Of a stretch of 64,000 bases of DNA, positions 28,817 through 38,641 are shown one piece after another. Within the stretch, counting starts at the first letter, position 1. Every line of letters starts with the position of its first letter. The stretch comes from Bdellovibrionota bacterium (GTDB lineage: Bacteria > Bdellovibrionota_C > UBA2361 > JBIKUX01): contig JBIKUX010000001.1 of assembly GCA_044347345.1 (NCBI GenBank), positions 32,001 through 96,000 of the forward strand, written 5' to 3'. The notes beneath the pieces are model-generated. The model had not been told where the DNA came from. It did not search any database and saw only the letters and a program-made list of their open reading frames with translations. The translations under genes were made by a program, and so were the position numbers.

Positions 28817-31684
28817 ATGAAAGAAGATAAAAACCTAGAGGGACTACTTAGCAGATGTGACCAAGAACCTATTCATATACCAGGCTCAATTCAACCTCAC
28901 GGCATTCTATTAGGTATAAATAGTGCAGACTATCAAATATGCGTGGTAAGCGAAAATATCTCTATCTGGTTAAATCTCTCTCCAAAAAAGATCATCGGTT
29001 CATCGCTAGACACAATTTTTGAAACCTGTGTAAAAGATGATATTGATGCCCTAAAATCTACGTTATCAGAAAAGCCAGATACTCTTTTACCGCTAAAGAT
29101 TCATTTTAAACCGTCAGTATTAAAAATTTTATCGAATGATAAATCAGCTATTGCTGACTCAAATTCAATAAATATCGGATTTGTTCATCAAGTAGGATCT
29201 TTATTTTTGCTAGAGATTGAACAAGTAGCACAACCTTCGTTGAAAGAGAAATTAGACCCTCACATTGAGTTAAGAAGTTCAATTTCTCAAATGTATCAAT
29301 CTAATTCTATATTAGAAGCTTGCGATATAGCAGCAAATGAAATTCGTCGTATTACGGGATATGACCGAGTAATGATCTATAGATTTGATGAGGATTGGAA
29401 TGGCCAAGTAATTGCAGAGGCAAGAGAATCAACTCAAGATTCATTACTTCATCTCCACTATCCTGCGAGTGATATACCTACTCAAGCTCGTACACTCTAC
29501 ATTAAAAATAAACTGAGAATCATAAGAAATAGAGACTACATACCCAGTAAATTACATTATCACCAAAATTTTAATGATCCCGTTGCTTTTCAAAGTAATC
29601 AATACTTATCAACAAGAGAATTAGATTTATCTCTAGCATCCCTAAGAAGTGCTTCTCCGATACACTTACAATACTTAAAGAATATGGGGGTAACTGCTAC
29701 CTTAACCATGTCCTTAGTAGATGGAGACTCACTTTGGGGACTGATAGCTTGCCATCATTCAAGCCCGAAACATATTTCATACGAACAACGAATATTTTGC
29801 GAATCAATTTCTCTGCTGTTCTCTTGGCTACTAAACGCAAAGGCTCGTCAAACTGATGAAGAACAACGGTTATATTCTCGAGCTATTCTTAATACATTGA
29901 AAGATTCGGTAACTAAAGTCTGTATTTCAGCAAATACGGACTCTCTCTTTAGCGCACTAAATAATTTTGACTCAGTAAATAAAAAAGAACCAGATATACT
30001 AAGATTTGTCGATGCATCTGGGGCGATAATATCCTTACATGATAAACTATATTTTTACGGAAAGTGCCCATCTTTCAATGATTCTAAAAAACTCATTGGT
30101 TGGCTTACAACGCTAAATCTCAATAAACCATTCGTTACACATTGCTTAAAAAATTATTATTCTGAAGCTCAATCTATTACCCATTGCGCTAGTGGTCTAA
30201 TGGTTTTACCCCTCCTTCAAAATGCTCGCGATTTCATAGTTTGGCTGAGGCCCGAATTAATTGAAACTGTTAAATGGGCTGGAAAGAACAGCACTACGAC
30301 AAACACAAACAATCTGAAGGAATTAGAATTATCTCCTCGCAGATCGTTTGCTACTTGGATAGAGCAAAAATTGGGAGAATCCGCACACTGGCTTTATTGG
30401 CAAACTGACCACGCTGAACGCCTAGTGTTATTACTAACTAAAATTATAATCGATAATATGGCGCGCTTAGAAGATTTACGCGCTGTTAACAAAGCAAAAG
30501 ATGAGTTTATTGCTGTTATATCTCATGAACTGCGAACTCCAATCCATGCTATCCTTGGATGGATTGAACTTATTCGAGACAAAAAATTCGATAGCTTGGA
30601 CTTACCCTTTATCCTTGAATGTTTGAAACAGAGCGTATTGTCTCAAGCTAAAATTATAGATGACCTTCTCGATATAGGCAGAGTTTCGCGAGGATCCATG
30701 CATATCGAGCCCTTACGAACTTCTTTAACAGAGGTCGTTAATCGGGCAATTAACTCATTTCAGTCAATAATCACTGATAGGCAAATTAAAATTATTGTAT
30801 CTAGTAACAACAATCTTCCCTCTGTTTTTGTAGATCCTGAGAGAATACAACAGGTATTTGCGAATATATTGAATAATGCAATAAAATTTTCCCCTCAGGG
30901 TGGACAAATAAATATCTCACTTCAGGGTAACAACAAGTCTATACTTTGCCTAATTAGAGATGAAGGATGTGGCATTGAATCTAATTTATTAGAATTTATA
31001 TCAAGTGGTTCCAAATTAGAGAATCTAGCCTTTAATGAGTCTATCCCAAATGCTAAACAAAGCGGTATAGAGAAAAATAATTTAGGGAAAAAAGGTCTCG
31101 GGCTAGGATTATCAATATCGAAGCACATAATTGAACTTCACAATGGTCAAATTAGTATCGCCAACAATACAGAATCTAAGGGAACAACAGTTAATATAGA
31201 AATTCCCATAAATCATCAAATAAATAACTTCTTGCCGTCAGATTATCAAAAGGAGTTTGATTCAAATAATATCCAAGTGTCGCAGAAAATTTGCGATGTA
31301 AATAATAATAAAAAACATATCCTTTTGTTGGAGAGGGATTCCGAATATGTACAATTTTTTTCTAATCATCTAAACGATAAAACAATCGAGATTACTCATA
31401 CAAACCGCGGAGATACTGGTCTTGAGCTCGCATTATCGCGCTTTTACGACTTAATAATATCGGATATCACTTTACCATATATGAATGGAGTTGAATTTAT
31501 TACTCGACTCAATACGCACTATCATCTGCGTGGCCTTAAAATTCCGAGCAGTATCGCAGTATCATCCTCTTATCGCAAAGAAGATATAAGTCAAGCACTT
31601 GCCGCTGGATTTACAGTGCATCTTACAAAACCTATCACAGTTTCAGCTTTAATGGAGGCAGTAACCACGCTTCTTTTTGCGTAA
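28817..31684 (+). CDS. Hybrid bacteriophytochrome histidine kinase (PAS-GAF-PHY-HisKA-HATPase-REC)
   Basis: CDQEPIHIPGSIQPHG (N-terminal bilin Cys), GYDRVMIYRF, YPASDIP.QAR, SPIHLQYLKNMGV, LWGLIACHH, PHY tongue SPRRSF, SHELRTP, NILNNAIKFS, DEGCGI, GLGLGLSI, REC ISDITLP..NG and TKP. Confidence 0.95.
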   Translation: MKEDKNLEGLLSRCDQEPIHIPGSIQPHGILLGINSADYQICVVSENISIWLNLSPKKIIGSSLDTIFETCVKDDIDALKSTLSEKPDTLLPLKIHFKPSVLKILSNDKSAIADSNSINIGFVHQVGSLFLLEIEQVAQPSLKEKLDPHIELRSSISQMYQSNSILEACDIAANEIRRITGYDRVMIYRFDEDWNGQVIAEARESTQDSLLHLHYPASDIPTQARTLYIKNKLRIIRNRDYIPSKLHYHQNFNDPVAFQSNQYLSTRELDLSLASLRSASPIHLQYLKNMGVTATLTMSLVDGDSLWGLIACHHSSPKHISYEQRIFCESISLLFSWLLNAKARQTDEEQRLYSRAILNTLKDSVTKVCISANTDSLFSALNNFDSVNKKEPDILRFVDASGAIISLHDKLYFYGKCPSFNDSKKLIGWLTTLNLNKPFVTHCLKNYYSEAQSITHCASGLMVLPLLQNARDFIVWLRPELIETVKWAGKNSTTTNTNNLKELELSPRRSFATWIEQKLGESAHWLYWQTDHAERLVLLLTKIIIDNMARLEDLRAVNKAKDEFIAVISHELRTPIHAILGWIELIRDKKFDSLDLPFILECLKQSVLSQAKIIDDLLDIGRVSRGSMHIEPLRTSLTEVVNRAINSFQSIITDRQIKIIVSSNNNLPSVFVDPERIQQVFANILNNAIKFSPQGGQINISLQGNNKSILCLIRDEGCGIESNLLEFISSGSKLENLAFNESIPNAKQSGIEKNNLGKKGLGLGLSISKHIIELHNGQISIANNTESKGTTVNIEIPINHQINNFLPSDYQKEFDSNNIQVSQKICDVNNNKKHILLLERDSEYVQFFSNHLNDKTIEITHTNRGDTGLELALSRFYDLIISDITLPYMNGVEFITRLNTHYHLRGLKIPSSIAVSSSYRKEDISQALAAGFTVHLTKPITVSALMEAVTTLLFA

Positions 31685-31760
31685 TTTAATCAAAAAACTT
31701 CATCTTAGATTTAAGAAATATTCTTAAAAAACCGACTTTACACCGGAAGATAAAACGATC

Positions 31761-33839
31761 GTGCATATAATGATGGATGAGGAAGATTTTCGAGAATTTC
31801 TCATTGAAAGCTACGAATCTGTAGAGTTTATAAGTAAAAAACTCTCCGAACTTGAAAAAACAAATTACGTTTGTGACGTTATTGATGAAATTTATCGTCG
31901 TGTTCATAAGATTCATGGTATTAGTGGCTTTCTGGAATTTAAAACTCTCGAAAATATTTCAAAACAAGCTCAATTTTTACTGGTAGAATTAAGAAAGGAT
32001 CCAAGTAAGACCTCAAAAAACGAAAAACAAGTTCTGGTTACTTTTAACGATACCGTAAAATTAATCCTCACAAACATTCAAACACAAAAAAATGAGGGAC
32101 GATTAAACATAGAGCAACTTAATAAGGATTTTACCAGCACTATTGCTGAATTAAGAGCGAAAAATAGTGCTAGTTCTCAAGAAGCACAAAAACAAGATAA
32201 CGTAAGTGATCCGGAAGATTGGGATAAATTATCCCATAATATCTCCAGTAACACCGACAAGAATCAAATATTAATAGATGTCACAATTCTAGATAATTTG
32301 CTCGACCTCGTTAACGAACGCTTAGTGACACTACAAATACAATCGGACAATAGACACGAAAAGTATCCGGCAAACTGCCCAGATTTAAAAAACGACTTTG
32401 AATTTTTGACCACAATAATAAAACTTATAAAAAACGTAAGATTACAGTCACTAAAAAGTATGCGAGAGGAGCTTTTTCCTTTTGTTAACGACATGTTAGC
32501 TAAGTACAATAGAAAAGTACGAATTATAGTTCAAGATGACGATATCGAAATTGATAAACTAGTCGTAACGACGATTAAAGAGGCAGTATATAAAATCATT
32601 TTTTACTTTTTAAAATTACCACAACCTAAGATAAACACCCAAACTAACGACACTCAGGGATTGAGCCTCGACACTAAAGAAAATAAGCAATCCGACATTA
32701 TCGTTAAATTATCCTACGATATGGGCAGAATTAGCCTCGAAATACTTGAAGGTTCTGCTAAAGAAGAATCATGTTTAAATCCAGTTCAAATAATTACCAC
32801 TAATGAAGTGAGAACTACTCTAGAAACTCTCAACTTAAAAATAAAAAGCCTAGGTGGAAAGCTTGATCAGTTTGGAGTGTCCGGAAAATTAACGTCAGTC
32901 CGTGTAACACTACCTAGTGCTATAATGGCCGTACCGATGCTCATGGTGGAAAGTCATGGAGAACGCTTTCTGCTTCCAAGAGGAAATATTGTAAAATTGT
33001 TAAAGATCGATAATCTGCAAATAAGAGAGCAGATCGAAGAAATAGATGGAATCTATTTTTATAAAAACTATCATACACCACTTCCAGTTATACCCTTATC
33101 ACAAGCTCTTAATATCGAAACAAACCCAAACTTAAACCTCAAAGATAATATAAATCTGATAACTGTACGGGTACACTCTGAGGAATTTGGAATTATAGTC
33201 GATAATATTTATCAAATTGAAAGCTCCCTCATAAAACCACTAAATAAGTTACTTGAAAATCATCAATTATTTTCAGCTGTGTCTATTTTATCTGATGGAA
33301 GTATCGCTTTTGTATTAGATTGTTCGAAAATTGGTGATAAATTTTCTTTAATTCGAGACAACCGCATCCCTTCAGTTATTGAATCTTTTGAAACTGTGAC
33401 TACTAAATCATCTAATCACCAAGATCGCTTAATTGTGGTAAAAATCGATCAAACCTTTCAGGTTGCAATCCCAATTAATAAAGTAAATAAACTTGAAAAA
33501 ATCTCCTCTGATAATTTAATCAGACAGAACCAAGAGCTTTTTATCAAACTTAAAAGTCAAGAAGTGATCCCGCTTATTATTTACGGAGCTCATGAACATA
33601 CAAAACAGAATCTTTTTGAGCTAAATGATTTTATATCTACTGTCATAATAACAGATGGCGAGAAAACTTTAGCGCTCCTAATAGAGAGCATCATTGGGAT
33701 AACAGAGCAATCAGGCGATGATATCAATACCAATCTTAGCCTTTTATTTAATGACAAAAGTGAGGGTTTCATAACTAGTCAAATATCAAAAATTGTAAAT
33801 GTTGATGACCTAAAAATACTTGAATCAATGTATCACTAA
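31761..33839 (+). CDS. CheA-like protein: Hpt, dimerisation domain, degenerate HATPase, two CheW domains
   Basis: Hpt EFLIES...IYRRVHKIHGISGFL; dimer IDVTILDNLLDLVNE; VRLQS...EIDK; CheW domains ERFLLP...FGIIVD...IKPL...ILSDGSIAFVLD and VAIPINKVNKLEKI. N-box and G-boxes not recognisable. Start may be ATG 31770. Confidence 0.85.
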   Translation: MHIMMDEEDFREFLIESYESVEFISKKLSELEKTNYVCDVIDEIYRRVHKIHGISGFLEFKTLENISKQAQFLLVELRKDPSKTSKNEKQVLVTFNDTVKLILTNIQTQKNEGRLNIEQLNKDFTSTIAELRAKNSASSQEAQKQDNVSDPEDWDKLSHNISSNTDKNQILIDVTILDNLLDLVNERLVTLQIQSDNRHEKYPANCPDLKNDFEFLTTIIKLIKNVRLQSLKSMREELFPFVNDMLAKYNRKVRIIVQDDDIEIDKLVVTTIKEAVYKIIFYFLKLPQPKINTQTNDTQGLSLDTKENKQSDIIVKLSYDMGRISLEILEGSAKEESCLNPVQIITTNEVRTTLETLNLKIKSLGGKLDQFGVSGKLTSVRVTLPSAIMAVPMLMVESHGERFLLPRGNIVKLLKIDNLQIREQIEEIDGIYFYKNYHTPLPVIPLSQALNIETNPNLNLKDNINLITVRVHSEEFGIIVDNIYQIESSLIKPLNKLLENHQLFSAVSILSDGSIAFVLDCSKIGDKFSLIRDNRIPSVIESFETVTTKSSNHQDRLIVVKIDQTFQVAIPINKVNKLEKISSDNLIRQNQELFIKLKSQEVIPLIIYGAHEHTKQNLFELNDFISTVIITDGEKTLALLIESIIGITEQSGDDINTNLSLLFNDKSEGFITSQISKIVNVDDLKILESMYH

Positions 33840-33855
33840 ATACACCATACTATTT

Positions 33856-34341
33856 ATGAATAACTATTCTGAATTAACTCCAGAAATTAACTATGAATAC
33901 TTGGCTAATTTCCGATTAGGTAACTTACTTTTTGGTATTAATGTAGCATCTGCTTTGGAAGTCTTAGAATACCAAGAGCCTAAACCATTTTTTTACCGGT
34001 CTAAAGAGGAAAAAGAATTTATAATTGGAATCATAAAATATCGGAGTATGATTATTCCTGTTGTTAGCCTTCATGCAACACTAGGTTTGCCAGAAATTGA
34101 TAATTTGAATAAGGCATTTTTCTATGTAGTGAGCACTCCTGAGTGTAAATTTAGTTTACTAGTAAATGAAGTTGGAGATGTCATAAAAGTGGATAGAAAT
34201 CATTTTGAAGATGTACCAGCAACTATTAGTAATCGCATCAAAGCTATTCTTAAAGGTGTTTATAGAATTAAAAACTCTCTTATATTAGTAACAAGCCCAA
34301 AAGATATTTTGTCTGTTTTTAAACAACATCTGCCGAATTAA
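33856..34341 (+). CDS. cheW: Chemotaxis coupling protein CheW
   Basis: FRLGNLLFGINV..EVL, GIIKYRSMIIPVVSL, SLLVNEVGDVIKV..FEDVP, KGVYR. ATG 33856 preferred. Confidence 0.85.
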   Translation: MNNYSELTPEINYEYLANFRLGNLLFGINVASALEVLEYQEPKPFFYRSKEEKEFIIGIIKYRSMIIPVVSLHATLGLPEIDNLNKAFFYVVSTPECKFSLLVNEVGDVIKVDRNHFEDVPATISNRIKAILKGVYRIKNSLILVTSPKDILSVFKQHLPN

Positions 34342-34387
34342 AAATTTATAACAACTAGACTATCAAAGATTTTTATCGTGGTTCCAG

Positions 34388-35251
34388 ATGAGAAACCCAA
34401 AACTTTTTCTTGGTATTCAACCTATTTGCAGCATAGTTTCTGATATACTCAGCTATATACCTCATAAAACTGTAACTGACGTAACCGATGCAGATTATAT
34501 TGTTTTTCCTCAACACATCCCCTCAGGAGCGGTATCAGAAGACATGGCGCTCACACTTGTGTCCTATAAATACTATGCTGAAGATTTTAATAAAACCCTA
34601 ATCATTTTTGTAATGTCTGATTTTACTGATCCGTTTAAAGGCTTTGATAATTCTATTATCTACAGAACATCTCTTTATAGGTCTGAATGCCTTAAGCATG
34701 AGCGCATATTACCATATCTTTGGATAAACAATTGCTTTTATAAAATTAAACCAATAATAAATAATCGTCCTCGAATAAATTTCTGTGGAGCAATTACCTA
34801 TCCCCAACGAATATTTGAATTGGAGGCTATTTTAACATCTTGCGATAAGTGGCTGGATTGTGACTTTACCATCAGAGATAAACCCTGGGGAGAAGGAGTA
34901 AGTAATGCTCATCAGGAATTTTTTAATGGATTGAGTAATGCTCAATTTATCTGTTGTCCACGCGGTGTAGGAAACTTTTCAATTCGATTTTATGAGACAC
35001 TTTGTGCCGGCAGAATTCCAGTTTTTGTTAACACAGATATGATTCTACCCTTTGAAGGCGAAATAAATTGGAATGACGTAGCTGTGATTGCACCAAACAT
35101 AGATGAACTACCTAACTGCTTAATTAATTTTATCAAGCGAAAAAATCTGGTTGAATCTCAAATATTGTGTCGAGATATTTATGATAAGTACCTCTCACCC
35201 GCTAAGTTTGGTGAATACTTACATCGTTGTATGTCTTCGGGAAAATTTTAA
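34388..35251 (+). CDS. Exostosin-family (GT47-like) glycosyltransferase domain protein
   Basis: INFCGA and FICCPRGVGNFSIRFYETLCAGRIPVFV..D.ILPF..INW, the typical exostosin C-terminal motif. Confidence 0.8.
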   Translation: MRNPKLFLGIQPICSIVSDILSYIPHKTVTDVTDADYIVFPQHIPSGAVSEDMALTLVSYKYYAEDFNKTLIIFVMSDFTDPFKGFDNSIIYRTSLYRSECLKHERILPYLWINNCFYKIKPIINNRPRINFCGAITYPQRIFELEAILTSCDKWLDCDFTIRDKPWGEGVSNAHQEFFNGLSNAQFICCPRGVGNFSIRFYETLCAGRIPVFVNTDMILPFEGEINWNDVAVIAPNIDELPNCLINFIKRKNLVESQILCRDIYDKYLSPAKFGEYLHRCMSSGKF

Positions 35252-35369
35252 AGCTGTTATGTAAATCTTTGACTAGTCTTTTATTTGCACCAAAGGATCA
35301 GATTTTTTATCCTCCCCATCATTTGAAGAATTGTCGTAGATTTTTACAACTTAAATATAAGCTGTAAAT

Positions 35370-36965
35370 TTAAAGATTTTCGAGCGAAGTTTCCCGTAAT
35401 TGTTTAATTAGTTGTGCATACCGATTCAGATCTGCTGTAGCAGTCTTTGTCTCTTTTGCTTGCTCAGAAGTATTAATTACCACTTGAGAGGATTCTTTGA
35501 CCTTATGATTAATCTCCTGTAGAGACATTTTTACTGTGTTAAATGAATCGACTATTTTTCCTGAGACAACTCTTTGATCCCCAAGTAAGTTATCAATCAA
35601 AGCACAAAAACTATTTACTTTATCTAGGCCACTACTTATTTGCCGTAAATAGACACTTACTTTGTCGATTTTTTCTTGAACTGCTTGCCTAGTTTTCGAA
35701 ATTTCATTGACTTCTTGAGCGGCACCACAAACGATATTTTTTACCTCATTAACTACTACACTAAAGCCTCGACCCAAATCTCCAGCTCGCGCTGCCTCGA
35801 TACTACCATTAATAGCTAATAAATTCGTTTGTTCAATAATATTACCTAGGACTTTTAATGGATTGTCCATTCCATTCTGAGCGCTAGACACAGTGTCAAC
35901 CAGCGTAAAGCCCTCACCAGCTACTTTTATAACCTCCAAAATCACCTGCACAGCTTGAGCCATCTTCCGAGTGATATCGCGAATGATTGACTCTGAAAAC
36001 TCATTCGCTTTTTCACCCTCAATTATATCTTCCTCTAATTTATCAGGTCTCGGCAATACAGATTTAAGTTGATGTACCGATTGTTCTGCATTAGAAATTA
36101 AAGCGCCAGTTAAGACATCAACATCTTCTAAAGACTTGCTAAATTGAGTAGCAACTTCAACCAGTTCTTGACTGATTTTTTCTTGATGAGCTTTATAGGA
36201 GGTTATATCAGTTAAAATCTTAATTATCGAAACTACTCTTCCTTCTTGGTCGCAAACAGCAGAATACAGAGCGCTCACCCATACTTCACGGCCACCTTTT
36301 CCTAACCCTAAATATTCTACTGCTATATCCCCCTCACCTCTGTTTAACTTTTCCCATAAACGCTTGTAATCAGCAGATTGAGCATACTTAAGCTCACAAA
36401 ACAAACTATCGTGACGTCCTCTTACCTCATCAACTGTATAACCAAACATTGAGAGAAACTTGCCATTCGCAGCTCGTACTGTTCCGTCAGGCTCAAACTC
36501 TACAATTGGTTGTACTTGATTTAATGCTTCTAATTGAGACTTAACACGAGATTCATTAACGACACGCTCAGTAGCATCGTGAGCAAATTCTACAATCTTT
36601 GACACTACACCCGTAGCATCTCGTACAGGAATATAAATAGATGAAATCCAAACGAGACTTCCGTTTCGTCGGAATCTTTTAATAATTCCCGAGCAGGAAT
36701 AACCCAAAGCAAGTCTCTGCCAAAAGTCAGTATACTCTGAGCTCTTCGCATAAGACGATTCATGAAATTGCGCGTGATGCGTATCGATTAATTCTTCCCG
36801 ACGGTATCCCATTAATTTTTGAAAAGCTGGACTCAGATCAATAATACGACCGGTAGGGGTAAATTCTATGTAAACTACTTCCTCAGATCGAAGAAGATTG
36901 GCAGCTAGGTCGCCCTTTGGTAACTCGGATGTACCTAACTGCACTATCTGAAGACCATCACTCAT
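35370..36965 (-). CDS. Soluble methyl-accepting chemotaxis protein with two PAS domains (BdlA-like)
   Basis: Two PAS repeats (EF.P.G..GY..E...H..F..Y...W..L..G..VW..Y..V.D..G.V..I...D.T), hairpin [31 protein letters not shown], no TM helix. Confidence 0.9.
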   Translation of the reverse strand: MSDGLQIVQLGTSELPKGDLAANLLRSEEVVYIEFTPTGRIIDLSPAFQKLMGYRREELIDTHHAQFHESSYAKSSEYTDFWQRLALGYSCSGIIKRFRRNGSLVWISSIYIPVRDATGVVSKIVEFAHDATERVVNESRVKSQLEALNQVQPIVEFEPDGTVRAANGKFLSMFGYTVDEVRGRHDSLFCELKYAQSADYKRLWEKLNRGEGDIAVEYLGLGKGGREVWVSALYSAVCDQEGRVVSIIKILTDITSYKAHQEKISQELVEVATQFSKSLEDVDVLTGALISNAEQSVHQLKSVLPRPDKLEEDIIEGEKANEFSESIIRDITRKMAQAVQVILEVIKVAGEGFTLVDTVSSAQNGMDNPLKVLGNIIEQTNLLAINGSIEAARAGDLGRGFSVVVNEVKNIVCGAAQEVNEISKTRQAVQEKIDKVSVYLRQISSGLDKVNSFCALIDNLLGDQRVVSGKIVDSFNTVKMSLQEINHKVKESSQVVINTSEQAKETKTATADLNRYAQLIKQLRETSLENL

Positions 36966-37088
36966 ACGGTGGCTCCCATCTTAAAAGCAAAGATTTATAT
37001 TTTCCCTCTATTAACTTTCAACCCAGCAGTTAGAAAAACGAGTAGAACAAAACCAAAGAGAGGGGCTCTCGCAATGTAATGATGACGA

Positions 37089-38462
37089 TTAAAGATACGA
37101 GGATGCATAGGAAGGAGTATCTTCAACTAACGGAAATGCCGCTGAAGGTGGTACTAAGGCAAGCTCTCCGTGTTGAGTTAGGTCAAGCCCCTCAATCTCT
37201 TCAGCGGTTGTGATTCTTAGAGGGCATATACAATTTACTAACTTATAAATTAAATAAGATGCCAAGAATACGGCAGGTAGAGTTATCAGCAACCCTAAAA
37301 GATGTGTTAAAAAGAGGGTTGTCTCTCCTGTTATCAGTCCGCCATTTTTTGCAAATACAGCCGTTAGTAACATCCCGACTATTCCGCCTAACCCATGACA
37401 AGAAAAAACATCGAGAGTATCATCAAATCCAAAACGCTCTTTGAAATGCACTGCTACATTACTAATAGTGGCCGCTATCAACCCAATAATGACGCTTGCT
37501 ACCACGGAGACATGTCCCGCGGCTGGAGTAATTGCAACTAGCCCTACAACGGCTCCTATGCAGGCACCAACAGCACTAACTTTTTTTCCGCGCATTCCCT
37601 CTAGACACATCCATACAACCAATGCAACAGAAGAGGCCATATGGGTATTTAAGAAAGCAAGAGCCCCTTCACCATTAGCCTTTAAAGAGGAGCCTGCATT
37701 AAATCCGAACCAGCCAAACCACAAAAGACCAGTTCCAAGAAGTACAAATGGAACATTTGACGGCACCAAAGTTTCCCGGCGTTTATAAGCATTGCGCGGC
37801 CCTAATACGAGAGCACCAGCTAATGCGGCCATTCCGGCAGAGATATGTACTACTGTTCCTCCAGCGTAATCAAGGATACCCCATTTCATAAAAATCCCAT
37901 CTGGGTGCCAAGTGAGATGAGCTAGCGGTGAGTAAACTATAATGGTCCATAAAGCTATAAATAGAAGATAACTTGTGAATTTAATCCGTTCAGCAAAAGC
38001 TCCAGTAATTAAAGCCGGCGTAATTATGGCAAATTTCAACTGAAATAACGCAAAGAGAACAAAAGGAAGAGTTTTACCAAGCTCAGAGTGCGGAGATGCA
38101 CCCACATGATGAAACATTAAATAAGTAAAAGGATTTCCAAAAAGCCCACCAATTGAGTCGCCAAACGCAAGACTAAATCCTACGACGAGCCAAACAATAC
38201 TTACTACTCCGACAGCAGCAAAGCTTTGAAACAACGTGGATACAACATTTTTTGCGTTAACCATCCCCGCATAAAAAAAACCCAAACCCGGTGTCATAAG
38301 TAGCACTAATCCAGATGCTCCCAACATCCAAGCCGTATCAGCTCCATTAATTTCACCATTAACTAATAAATTTGCTGTTTCATTTGCACGAAAGCCATCA
38401 AGCCCGATACAGCAGATAGCTAAAAGTAAAAATCCCCATCCGAACTTCTGTTGCACAAACAC
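37089..38462 (-). CDS. amtB: Ammonium transporter
   Basis: DTAW, LMTPGLGFFYAG, FQLKFAIITPAL, DYAGGTVVH, WFGWFGFNAGS, DDTLDVFSCHG (twin His present). Confidence 0.95.
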   Translation of the reverse strand: MFVQQKFGWGFLLLAICCIGLDGFRANETANLLVNGEINGADTAWMLGASGLVLLMTPGLGFFYAGMVNAKNVVSTLFQSFAAVGVVSIVWLVVGFSLAFGDSIGGLFGNPFTYLMFHHVGASPHSELGKTLPFVLFALFQLKFAIITPALITGAFAERIKFTSYLLFIALWTIIVYSPLAHLTWHPDGIFMKWGILDYAGGTVVHISAGMAALAGALVLGPRNAYKRRETLVPSNVPFVLLGTGLLWFGWFGFNAGSSLKANGEGALAFLNTHMASSVALVVWMCLEGMRGKKVSAVGACIGAVVGLVAITPAAGHVSVVASVIIGLIAATISNVAVHFKERFGFDDTLDVFSCHGLGGIVGMLLTAVFAKNGGLITGETTLFLTHLLGLLITLPAVFLASYLIYKLVNCICPLRITTAEEIEGLDLTQHGELALVPPSAAFPLVEDTPSYASSYL

Positions 38463-38641
38463 CTCACAGATAATTTTTATTTTTAAATTTTGAGTATCGA
38501 AATGCTGGTATTAAATTGGTTCTCTAGCACCATAATTTCTCTTTGAGTAGCCCTAAAAGCGCTTTGCTAACGTTGCCTCACAGTATTTTACTCGCTAACC
38601 TAGAGCTGTATTAATTGTAAAGGCAGTTTTTCGGTTCAACT

